Positions 9,172 through 16,954 of a DNA stretch of 64,000 nt are shown here, piece after piece. Source of the DNA: Vampirovibrionales bacterium (GTDB lineage Bacteria; Cyanobacteriota; Vampirovibrionia; Vampirovibrionales; Vampirovibrionaceae); assembly GCA_016712355.1 (NCBI GenBank), contig JADJRF010000001.1, positions 23,286 to 87,285 on the forward strand, in the 5' to 3' direction. A model generated the notes under the pieces. It was given only the letters and a program-made list of their open reading frames with translations. It had not been told where the DNA came from and searched no databases. Numbering within the stretch: position 1 is the stretch's first letter; each line of letters begins with the position of its first letter. The position numbers and the translations under genes are program-made.

Positions 9172-9348
9172 GTGGGTGACTATCAACGCATTTTGGCAAT
9201 CGACATTCTGTTAGCGGAAACAGAGGTGCCGGAAGAAGAAATCCGCAAGTACAAAGACTACGAGTTGGAAGCCTGGCTAGGCGAGCTTGGTTTCGAGTGG
9301 AACGGCGCCGAGTGGGTCGATGTCGATTGGCCGCCTGACGAGGACTAG
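9172..9348 (+). CDS. Small acidic hypothetical protein (58 aa)
   Basis: GTG 9172 to TAG 9346-9348 fills the gap between annotated ORFs. Below the ORF-track cutoff. Confidence 0.35.
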   Translation: MGDYQRILAIDILLAETEVPEEEIRKYKDYELEAWLGELGFEWNGAEWVDVDWPPDED

Positions 9349-9360
9349 GGGAGAAACAGC

Positions 9361-10008
9361 ATGAGCAGCGATACACGCGAAGCGGTTGCCGGCGTACAGC
9401 ATGAAATTTGGTCACACTGGATGCGCTACCTATTCAACATGGCGCGCCACAATCCAGATGGCAGCGTGACCATATCCGCCGATCTGGTTGACCGCTGGAC
9501 GCGCCAGATCGAAACGCGCTATGCCGATCTGACCGAACGCGAACAAGAAAGCGACCGCCATCAAGCTGACAAGGTGTTGCTGGCGATGGGCTGGACGCTT
9601 GTCGAGACACCGTGCGACTGCACGCCTGAGTCGCGACCGTTTTGCTGGCGATGCCAGCGCACCGGCGTGCGCACCTCGACGGCGCCGGCGAATCAGGAAA
9701 ATAGCGAAGCCGAGAAGCGATTGCGAGCGCAGCTTGACGCGTGGGTGGAACTGCACAAAATGCAGTCCGCGCTGCCCAGTCGAGAAGAAGACGACGCGAA
9801 GATGGCAGACCAGGAGCGCAAGATCAAGGCTGCTATTTCTCTTGCAGTCCAGTACGGTCAAATCCCTGGCGATCACCACAAGACGTGGGTGATCGACCAA
9901 GTGTTGCGTATCCTAGCCGGAAGCGATTACGCGGAGATCATTCAGGCGGCGTGCGATGGAGAGGACGGGCCGGACACGTACATGTGGAATGTCGGTATCG
10001 CGCCATGA
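9361..10008 (+). CDS. Hypothetical protein with internal CxC-TPE-RP-CxxC zinc motif
   Basis: GGGGAGAAAC SD then ATG. ETPCDCTPESRPFCWRCQRTG matches the motif of the two small zinc-finger ORFs at 5.6-6.4 kb. Confidence 0.55.
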   Translation: MSSDTREAVAGVQHEIWSHWMRYLFNMARHNPDGSVTISADLVDRWTRQIETRYADLTEREQESDRHQADKVLLAMGWTLVETPCDCTPESRPFCWRCQRTGVRTSTAPANQENSEAEKRLRAQLDAWVELHKMQSALPSREEDDAKMADQERKIKAAISLAVQYGQIPGDHHKTWVIDQVLRILAGSDYAEIIQAACDGEDGPDTYMWNVGIAP

Positions 10009-10364
10009 GATTCGCACGCAGCCACGTTCGTTTTAAGCCGCATGTCACCAGCCGGCGTCTGGCCGCGGCGCGACGCCGGCTGGAACGACAGGCAATGGCA
10101 CTACCGTTGTTTGCCGATCAGATTCGCGCCGGCCAGCCTACGCCTGAAGAATCGGTGGCGGCGGCAGATCGCCAGACAAAGCGCCAATTCGACGCTCACC
10201 GCAAATACGAAGCCGAATCCTGGCTGAAGGGACGCCGGCTTTTGCGGCAGTTGCCGGCAGAACGCCGTGCGGAGATCATCGCAGCGTGGAACGCATCTGG
10301 CGTGCCAGCGCGCCCGGAGTATTTTCTGGACTTCCTTCGCAAAAAGTACGGACTCGCTGAATGA
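10005..10364 (+). CDS. Hypothetical basic protein
   Basis: ATGA overlap at 10005-10008, in frame with ORF 9741..10364. Confidence 0.5.
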   Translation: MRFARSHVRFKPHVTSRRLAAARRRLERQAMALPLFADQIRAGQPTPEESVAAADRQTKRQFDAHRKYEAESWLKGRRLLRQLPAERRAEIIAAWNASGVPARPEYFLDFLRKKYGLAE

Positions 10365-11008
10365 CCCACTCACTTACCATCCGACTCGGCAACCGCGACG
10401 ATCTCGACTGGGCGCAACGCATCGTTGAGAGCGACCACTACCTGCATCAGCGCGTAGACCCACGCGCACGCCCGATGGTGTACGTCCTCGACTACGACGC
10501 CGTACCGGTTGGTCTGGTCATGCTCGGCATCCCGCACGCGACGCGGTGCGGCGGATGGTGTGGCTATCCCGGCTTGCCGACGCAATGGCAGGTGGTCGAT
10601 TTGTGCCGCATTTGGATTGACCCTGGTTTGCAAGCAGGCGGTCGCTGGTGCGATCCGTACACCGTCCCCGGCTTCTACGACCGGCGCGGCATGTTTCGCC
10701 CGACTACGCCGACCTGGGCGATCAGCGAGGTGCTACAACGCGTGCAGGCTGACCGGGTGCGGTTGTGGCCGCCAGTCTACCTGGAGCAGCCGTATCATAT
10801 CGAGTTGGCAATCAGCTATCACGATCCGCAGTACCACCGCGGCACGATCTACAAGCATAGCCACGCCACGCCGATGTACCGGGACGCCAGCGGCAACCCG
10901 ATACCGGGATCGTCCGGCAAATACGGCTGGTGCTGGCGATTGCCCGCGCCGGCATGGGAGTGGGATAGCTTGACCGATGTCCGGTCACGACAGATAAGGA
11001 TGCTGTGA
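10361..11008 (+). CDS. Mom-like GNAT-fold acyltransferase (putative nucleobase-modifying)
   Basis: ESDHYLHQ...VGLVMLGIPHATR...VVDLCRIWI...HRGTIYKHSHATPMY parallels the HHxHH / vGRPvAR / Rl / G-x-x-Y-x-A-x-x-W layout of Mom/DUF4338-type GNATs. Recalled pattern, not searched. Confidence 0.45.
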   Translation: MTHSLTIRLGNRDDLDWAQRIVESDHYLHQRVDPRARPMVYVLDYDAVPVGLVMLGIPHATRCGGWCGYPGLPTQWQVVDLCRIWIDPGLQAGGRWCDPYTVPGFYDRRGMFRPTTPTWAISEVLQRVQADRVRLWPPVYLEQPYHIELAISYHDPQYHRGTIYKHSHATPMYRDASGNPIPGSSGKYGWCWRLPAPAWEWDSLTDVRSRQIRML

Positions 11009-12300
11009 TGCAAGGCATACAAGACCCGCTTGCCGCGCTGCAAGACACGGCGCGCATTATCAACGAGGAACCGTACAACCCGGACTGGTTCTTCATGTTC
11101 AGCGGTGGCAAAGACAGCAACGCCACCGTACAATCGGCATGGGTGTGCGTCAAGGAAGGGAGCGTGCAGGCGCCGGCGACGGCCACGATCCTGTTTGCCG
11201 ATACGCAGATGGAGTTTCACCAGTTTCTCGAAGAAGTAGACGACAAGGCGCAGACATTGGTAGCGGCGTGGGAGTCGCTTGGCATCAAGGCGCGATACGT
11301 AAAGGTTGCGCCGGTGTTGCAATCTGACTTCTGGGTGCGTCTGTTGGGGTACGGCTACGCCCCTCCGACAAAGGCGATGCGCTGGTGTACCGACCAACTC
11401 AAGATTCAGCCGGCGCGCAAGATGCGCAACGCCCTCAACCTGAACGACGCGCTCTTGATGGTCGGCGCACGATACGGCGAAAGCGCACGGCGCGACGAGT
11501 ACCTGTCATGCACGATGGGCGGCGAATGCGGGCCGGATGCGATGGCGCGCGTCAAGAGCAAGTTTCCGACTATGCTGCCCGTGGTCAACTGGCGCACTTG
11601 CGCCGTGTGGGACTTCCTGCAACTGATTGCGCCCTCCTACGGGCTAGATAACAGCCGGCTGCGCGCCATCTACGGGCCGGACGGCGATTTGCGTTACGGG
11701 TGTTGGTCGTGCCCGCTGGTCTTCAACGACCGCACAGCCAAGTACTGGGCGGAAACCGACCCGCTGACCGCTGAGCTTTTGACCTGGACAAACGCCAACC
11801 TACGGCCTGGGGGCGCAGCTTGGGCGTCAGTGAATCGTGAGCTATTTGAGGGGCAAGAAGCGCGCCTGTCGCTGGACTACTGTCGCCGGCTCTTTGGTGA
11901 GTTGACCGACATGCAAAATCGGCATGGGCGCACGCTGCTAAAAGAGTGGCAGATTGACGGTATCAAGACGCTGTGGATATGGCGAGAGCAAGCGCCAGAG
12001 GCAATGCGCGGCGTGATTGCGCAGGAGACGCTGCTCGACATGACGCCGAAACCGACACGCGTTCACATCTCTCAGTTTCCTTTGCGCACGGCCAGAGCGC
12101 TGTACGAAGCACCGCTATGGGAGGATTCGTACCACGGCGTTATCCAGCGCCATGCAGCGACACTGGTCGAATTGTCGCCGGGGGTATCGTGGAACTACCA
12201 ATCACAAGTTGGAAACGGACAGGACGCTGCAACGATTTGGGGTAACGCACAGGATCAGATTATCCGCGTGCACGGCGATGAAATCGAGAGGCTGAACTAG
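11005..12300 (+). CDS. DndC-like PP-loop ATPase (PAPS reductase family)
   Basis: PP-loop FSGGKDSNA, RWCTDQLKIQP, GARYGESARR, and Cys motifs YLSCTMGGECGPD and YGCWSCPLV, as in DndC. Unknown ~150-aa C-terminal extension. Confidence 0.8.
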   Translation: MMQGIQDPLAALQDTARIINEEPYNPDWFFMFSGGKDSNATVQSAWVCVKEGSVQAPATATILFADTQMEFHQFLEEVDDKAQTLVAAWESLGIKARYVKVAPVLQSDFWVRLLGYGYAPPTKAMRWCTDQLKIQPARKMRNALNLNDALLMVGARYGESARRDEYLSCTMGGECGPDAMARVKSKFPTMLPVVNWRTCAVWDFLQLIAPSYGLDNSRLRAIYGPDGDLRYGCWSCPLVFNDRTAKYWAETDPLTAELLTWTNANLRPGGAAWASVNRELFEGQEARLSLDYCRRLFGELTDMQNRHGRTLLKEWQIDGIKTLWIWREQAPEAMRGVIAQETLLDMTPKPTRVHISQFPLRTARALYEAPLWEDSYHGVIQRHAATLVELSPGVSWNYQSQVGNGQDAATIWGNAQDQIIRVHGDEIERLN

Positions 12301-12302
12301 CA

Positions 12303-12623
12303 ATGTGTTTCGAGCAACTGCACGAATCTTCCAAGCGTGGCGAATTATTGTTGGTGGACGGCGGTATGTGCCACTGGCATTTGCGACGCGACGGTCAGCT
12401 AACGATTAGGGAGATCATTGCGACGAAATCGGGAGCCGGTACGCAGATGCTCGATCTGCTGCGCGTCGTCGCTAGCGCGTCATGCATCGTTGCGAAGTGT
12501 CCCGCCGATCTTTCAGCGAATTCCTGGTATGCGCGCAAAGGGTTCTTTCTCGTCGCGACGGAGACGGCGAAATCGGGCAGACCGATCAACGTGTGGCACC
12601 TCGACTTATGCAACTCGATCTGA
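12303..12623 (+). CDS. Mini GNAT-like acetyltransferase-fold protein
   Basis: 106 aa. TKSGAGTQML fits the acetyl-CoA motif A (xxGxG/A), and the C-terminal SWYARKGFFLV resembles the FYxKxGF GNAT ending. Confidence 0.45.
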   Translation: MCFEQLHESSKRGELLLVDGGMCHWHLRRDGQLTIREIIATKSGAGTQMLDLLRVVASASCIVAKCPADLSANSWYARKGFFLVATETAKSGRPINVWHLDLCNSI

Positions 12624-13192
12624 TTGCCGGCCACTACCACTGCGACAATTGCGGGCAGGTTGTCGAGCATGTGCAGCGCACGCGCCGTTTTTGGCTGTGC
12701 GACGCGTGCTGGCAAGCCATCGTGCCGGCATACGACACGATCCCGACGCAGGACGGCAAGCGCACGGCTGAGTGGCTGGCAGAGTGGGCGCCAGTGCGTG
12801 AGCAAATCGGGAACTATTGGGGCTGGTATCACGACATGGAGAAACGGTACCCACCGCGTTACACCCCACCCCGCAAGCCGCTCGAATTGCACTACAAGCC
12901 GGTTGACGCCGACAGCCTCAATCCGCTGTGCGCGTGTGGCCGGCCACGCCAGCCAATGAGCTTCATGATCACTACGTCGCCTGGACTCTTTGGCGGCCCG
13001 TTTCGCAGCCATTGCGAAGTGTGCGAAGCAAAGTTGGCGGTCGAGAGCATCTTCAAGATGGCAGAGAAGATTCACCAAGACTGGAACGATGAAGACTGGC
13101 TGGAGTATTGCTGGCAGCATCGACGCGAGTTGTACGACGTGGGCGTGCTGCCGGACTACTGGTTTACGCTGAAAGCTGTGCAATTGCCATGA
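12608..13192 (+). CDS. Hypothetical Cys-rich protein; shares a C-terminal domain with the next gene
   Basis: ATG 12608, in frame with ORF 12482..13192; CDNCG...CDAC zinc pairs. Confidence 0.55.
   Translation: MQLDLIAGHYHCDNCGQVVEHVQRTRRFWLCDACWQAIVPAYDTIPTQDGKRTAEWLAEWAPVREQIGNYWGWYHDMEKRYPPRYTPPRKPLELHYKPVDADSLNPLCACGRPRQPMSFMITTSPGLFGGPFRSHCEVCEAKLAVESIFKMAEKIHQDWNDEDWLEYCWQHRRELYDVGVLPDYWFTLKAVQLP
13040..13178 (+). repeat. Direct repeat copy 1 (shared C-terminal domain)
   Basis: About 139 bp similar to 13627-13765 (offset 587 bp). Confidence 0.7.
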
Positions 13193-13791
13193 ACAACACT
13201 CTGACCAACGAGCAGCGCGCCGCCCGCCGCGCGAAAAGGAAAAACGGGAAGCTCATCAGGTCGATGCCGCTGTTTGCGGACGCACTCCGTCCTGATGGCG
13301 CAATGGCGTCATGGCTTACTACGCCAGAACAAGAATTGCCGGCTGTCGAGCGGAATCGGCAACAGGCGCGCGAATTTGGCGACCGTATGCGGGCGAAAGA
13401 GGAGAAAGAGCGACAGCAGGAAGCCGAGGAGAGAGCGAAGGCGATTGAAGGTAAGACGCCTGAGCAAATCGCCTTTTTGGAGAAAGGTCGTCAAGCCTAT
13501 CCGCCCTTCGGGGATTACGGCGCGACCTTCTGGCGCAAATCGCAGCAGCCAGGCTTCCTGGAAGCGCAAATGGAGAGAATGGCCGACCTGCAACGGCGCG
13601 GTGAGACGGTGCGCGCAAGAATAGCCGTCGAAGGCATCTTCAGGACAGCGGAGAAGACCCACCCGGACTGGGACGATGAAGACTGGCTGGAGCATTTTTG
13701 GCAGCATCGACGCGAGTTGTTCGATGCGGGCGTGCTGCCGGACTACTGGTTTACATTGAAAGCGAGGTTTGGAGATGTCGCAGTACGATAA
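13189..13791 (+). CDS. Hypothetical protein, C-terminal paralog of 12608..13192
   Basis: ATGA overlap. C-terminal IFRTAEKTHPDWDDEDWLEHFWQHRRELFDAGVLPDYWFTLKA matches the upstream gene. Confidence 0.55.
   Translation: MNNTLTNEQRAARRAKRKNGKLIRSMPLFADALRPDGAMASWLTTPEQELPAVERNRQQAREFGDRMRAKEEKERQQEAEERAKAIEGKTPEQIAFLEKGRQAYPPFGDYGATFWRKSQQPGFLEAQMERMADLQRRGETVRARIAVEGIFRTAEKTHPDWDDEDWLEHFWQHRRELFDAGVLPDYWFTLKARFGDVAVR
13627..13765 (+). repeat. Direct repeat copy 2 (shared C-terminal domain)
   Basis: See 13040-13178. Confidence 0.7.
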
Positions 13792-14008
13792 CCTGATTGG
13801 ACTTCGGTACAAGCAGCTTGTGCATGACTCCAAGAAAGGGATGGTCTGGCGCACGTTCGAGGTGCGCTCCATCGTGGATGGCGACCAGGCAGTGACACGC
13901 GTCTGGAGCCGGCGCCACCGCGTCTACGTCTACCAGATTACGCCAGCGGCTATCCTTGCTGACTCGCTAGAGAACAGCGAGATGTACAAAATTGTAAAAA
14001 AAGTGTAA
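13769..14008 (+). CDS. Hypothetical protein
   Basis: ORF overlapping the upstream gene end; last gene of its block. Confidence 0.5.
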   Translation: MEMSQYDNLIGLRYKQLVHDSKKGMVWRTFEVRSIVDGDQAVTRVWSRRHRVYVYQITPAAILADSLENSEMYKIVKKV

Positions 14009-14017
14009 AATCCTGAT

Positions 14018-14076
14018 AATTCAATTGAATTTACGTGGTTGCCGTATTGCAATTCAATTGAATTGTGTGGTATAAT
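14018..14076 (+). promoter_or_regulatory. Promoter with twin 14-bp palindromic operators
   Basis: AATTCAATTGAATT at 14018-14031 and 14051-14064. TTGCAA (14047-14052), 18-nt spacer, TGG-TATAAT (14071-14076). Confidence 0.65.
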
Positions 14077-14165
14077 CAGCTTATCACCAAGTGGTGAGAC
14101 GAAACCAAAAGGCAAAGCAAGAGCCGAGCCACTACCGACCGCAAGTGCGGTAAGGAGTCAGAACG

Positions 14166-14525
14166 ATGAACACCACACAGACCACCGCCCCAGTCGCAAT
14201 CAAGACCCGCAACTTCAGCGAAATGCCTGGCAGCAACACCTATTTCCGCACCAGCGACTGCACGCCGTTTTTCAGCGAAGACGGCAGCTTGGTTGTCTAC
14301 AACGGCAAAGGCGACAGCCGCTCGTGGGGCACGCCTTCCGTGCGTAGCACCGTCAAGTCGCTGACCGCCAACGTCATCAAGGTGACTGTGGTCGGCTGGC
14401 ACAAGCACACGGTCTCGCCGGTCGGCGGCAGCTTCTACTTTGTTAATGAGGCCGGCGCCTGGGTGCGCCGCACCGCCGGCCACAAGACAGTCAAGGCGGC
14501 CATAGCCGCCGCTGTTAGCCACTAA
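14166..14525 (+). CDS. Hypothetical beta-rich protein, first gene of the accessory operon
   Basis: AAGGAG SD (inside the CCGCAAGTGCGGTAAGGAG element) 8 nt before the ATG. Confidence 0.6.
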   Translation: MNTTQTTAPVAIKTRNFSEMPGSNTYFRTSDCTPFFSEDGSLVVYNGKGDSRSWGTPSVRSTVKSLTANVIKVTVVGWHKHTVSPVGGSFYFVNEAGAWVRRTAGHKTVKAAIAAAVSH

Positions 14526-14535
14526 ACCATACGCC

Positions 14536-14562
14536 GCGCCGGGCGGTCAATCCCGGCGCTTT
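14536..14562 (+). terminator. Possible intra-operon attenuator/terminator
   Basis: GCGCCGGG-cggtcaat-CCCGGCGC followed by TTTAAT. Confidence 0.45.
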
Positions 14563-14656
14563 AATGCAGCCAGGCACGCAAGTGCGCCGCCTGACCGTCC
14601 CAAGCCGGAGCAATGCAGAGGGAAGTGTCGCCGCAAGTGCGGCAAGGAGATTGATC

Positions 14657-15403
14657 GTGAGCACGCTAAAAGTTTCTTTTTACCGTTCCGACAAATGGCG
14701 AGACGCCGAGTTCGTCGCCACCGGCTGCCGACCGGCGACTATCGGGCAAGAGACGTTCGACCTGGTGGAAGCCACGGTCGAACAGCGCCGCAATGTTGCG
14801 GCGCTGCGAATTGCTGACACTCAGATCAGCATTTCGCCCGGCGTCGAGTTTGATGCCGTGCCAACACTCGCAGAGGCGCTGGACGCCTACCAGCGCCAAG
14901 AGAAGCAGCGCGCGGAAAAGGAAGCCGACGCCGAAGCTAAGCGCGCCGCCGACCACGTTCGATTTTTAGAAGAACAAGCACAGCGCAAGGCTGCCGAGGC
15001 TGTCGTTGAAGCAGCTAAGCAGCAACGCCAGGTTGAAAAGCTGGCGTGGTGCCAGGCGCACGGCAGCGACCGTCTGCGTCGCGGCGTCGAACGCGGCCAT
15101 GACTGCCAGGCGCTCTATGTCCGCGAGCGCGCCGCCGTCGAAGCGCCCGGCTTCACTGCCGACATCTACGACGCCGCCAAATGGAAGTCGGCCACCTGCC
15201 CAAGCGCCAAGTCCCTCGACACCGCCGAAGCTGCCGAAGCCCTGGGGCTTGGCCCGGTAGATGTTGTCTGGTTGACGGCGCCGGCCGCCGACACCAAAAC
15301 CGACGCCGACATGGACTACGCGGACGGCTACGGCTGGAGCGCGTGCGAGGCCGTCGTCATCAGCGGGTACCTCGGCAAGTACGACCTGGTGCAGGCATTG
15401 TGA
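14657..15403 (+). CDS. Hypothetical protein with central coiled-coil
   Basis: GTG 14657 lies 7 nt after a second copy of CCGCAAGTGCGGCAAGGAG, in frame with ORF 14564..15403. Confidence 0.55.
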   Translation: MSTLKVSFYRSDKWRDAEFVATGCRPATIGQETFDLVEATVEQRRNVAALRIADTQISISPGVEFDAVPTLAEALDAYQRQEKQRAEKEADAEAKRAADHVRFLEEQAQRKAAEAVVEAAKQQRQVEKLAWCQAHGSDRLRRGVERGHDCQALYVRERAAVEAPGFTADIYDAAKWKSATCPSAKSLDTAEAAEALGLGPVDVVWLTAPAADTKTDADMDYADGYGWSACEAVVISGYLGKYDLVQAL

Positions 15404-15894
15404 TCGCCCTCGATTTTGATGGTGTGGTCGCCAACTACAGCGATCACACCACGACGATCCGGCTCAATACGGGTCTGCTGGCGCTGCTCCCCCGGCAGCG
15501 CCAGCCGGTCGTGATCTGCACGAACCAGGGCGGCATGGCCTTTAGCCGGCTCAACCCGGCCAAGTACCCGACACCATTGCAGGTTGCGCAGCGCCTGAAC
15601 GCAGGTCGCAATTTCCTGACGCGCAACGGCTACCCAGTCGCCGCCATTTTTGCATCCACCTACCACCCCAAAGCTGATCCTGCCGAGATTCAACGGGTGG
15701 CGCAAGAGTTGCGTGAGCTTATCTCTGTGGTCGTCCCGCGCTGGCACGTCTACACGACCGAGCGGGCGCGCAAGCCTCACGCGTTCATGCTCAAAGTTGC
15801 TGGCGCCACGGTGTATTATGGCGACAGCCCGGAAGATCAACAGGCGGCCTCGGCAGCCGGCGTACCGTTCGTGGCGGTTCCACGCTTTTTGTAG
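15400..15894 (+). CDS. HAD-IIIA family phosphatase (GmhB / polynucleotide 3'-phosphatase-like)
   Basis: GTGA overlap. Motif I ALDFDGVV, motif II ICTNQGG, motif III RKP, motif IV GDSPEDQ. Confidence 0.75.
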   Translation: MIALDFDGVVANYSDHTTTIRLNTGLLALLPRQRQPVVICTNQGGMAFSRLNPAKYPTPLQVAQRLNAGRNFLTRNGYPVAAIFASTYHPKADPAEIQRVAQELRELISVVVPRWHVYTTERARKPHAFMLKVAGATVYYGDSPEDQQAASAAGVPFVAVPRFL

Positions 15895-15903
15895 GGATCG
15901 AAG

Positions 15904-16197
15904 ATGGCGACACCGATCACAGAACGCATCAATAAGGCGCGTGCGCATCTATCGCAACTGCGCCATATTTCGGAAAAAGAGATTACCGCCGATCTCACCG
16001 GACGCGAACGTGCCAGCGCCATCATCCGAGCGCGCACGCAGTACAATGCGGTGTACAGTGCCGTCAAGTTGGTGGCGCGTGGTCGCAAGTTGCGCGGTAT
16101 CGATGCGCCGACTGCGCAACAACAGGCTGAAGCGCAACGCCTCATTGACGATGCGCACCGGTTGTTTACTTACGCCCGTCGATTCAGCGTGAAATAG
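15904..16197 (+). CDS. Hypothetical helical basic protein
   Basis: ORF, 97 aa. Confidence 0.5.
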   Translation: MATPITERINKARAHLSQLRHISEKEITADLTGRERASAIIRARTQYNAVYSAVKLVARGRKLRGIDAPTAQQQAEAQRLIDDAHRLFTYARRFSVK

Positions 16198-16204
16198 GAG
16201 GATT

Positions 16205-16954
16205 ATGAACTCGACTCGATTGCTTTATCAAGCCGCCGGCCAGCCGCCCGTTCCCGCCGTCATCGACGCGTCAGGATGGATGCAACTGTCCAAGCGGAAA
16301 CGCCCCACCGCGCCGCCCGGTGGCAAGTGTTATCTTTGTGGCGGTGAAGTTGAAGGCGCTGGCGTGCCTACCGCAGAACGCTTTGGCGAGACCTGGACGG
16401 CACATGGCGACGCGCTTCAACCCGATGCGGAGTGGCTGTGTGCTGCTTGCGCCTTCAGCCTGTCGGAAGCGGCGACGCACCCGGCAAAGCCCAATCCGTT
16501 CAAGATGCGTACAATGACGCATTTGGTTATTGGTAGTCAATGGGAGTTGCTTGGACTTTCCGACAAGCGCCGCATGGCTGAGGTGTTGTTGTCGCCGCCA
16601 CGCGCCGATCCCTGGCTGCTTTGCATTCAGGATGCGCCGCTTAGCGCCGGCCACGCCATCTACCGCACGCCGGTCAACGCCGCCGGCGCAACCGCGTGGC
16701 GAGTCACGCTTGGCGGCAGCGTCATTGCCGGTTCGCCTACGCATCTTGCTGCCGTGCTGACGCCAATCGAGGCGCTGTACCTGGCGGAGCATAGCAAGAC
16801 CGCCATCCGCACGGGCGTCTATACGCCCAAATGGATTCTTGCCCAGGGCGAAAACGACTGGGCGCGACTAGAAGCGTCAATCGTCCCATTGCGAGGGCAG
16901 CCTATTTTTGAGCTTGCGCTATTCCTGGCGCAGAAAGGAACCGACGACGAATGA
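16205..16954 (+). CDS. csf1: Csf1-like (type IV Cas8-like) zinc-finger protein
   Basis: AGGAGG SD. 249 aa with CYLCGG...(35 aa)...CAACAF zinc pairs near the N-terminus; size and position upstream of the Cas7-like gene fit Csf1. Motif-level inference only. Confidence 0.45.
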   Translation: MNSTRLLYQAAGQPPVPAVIDASGWMQLSKRKRPTAPPGGKCYLCGGEVEGAGVPTAERFGETWTAHGDALQPDAEWLCAACAFSLSEAATHPAKPNPFKMRTMTHLVIGSQWELLGLSDKRRMAEVLLSPPRADPWLLCIQDAPLSAGHAIYRTPVNAAGATAWRVTLGGSVIAGSPTHLAAVLTPIEALYLAEHSKTAIRTGVYTPKWILAQGENDWARLEASIVPLRGQPIFELALFLAQKGTDDE

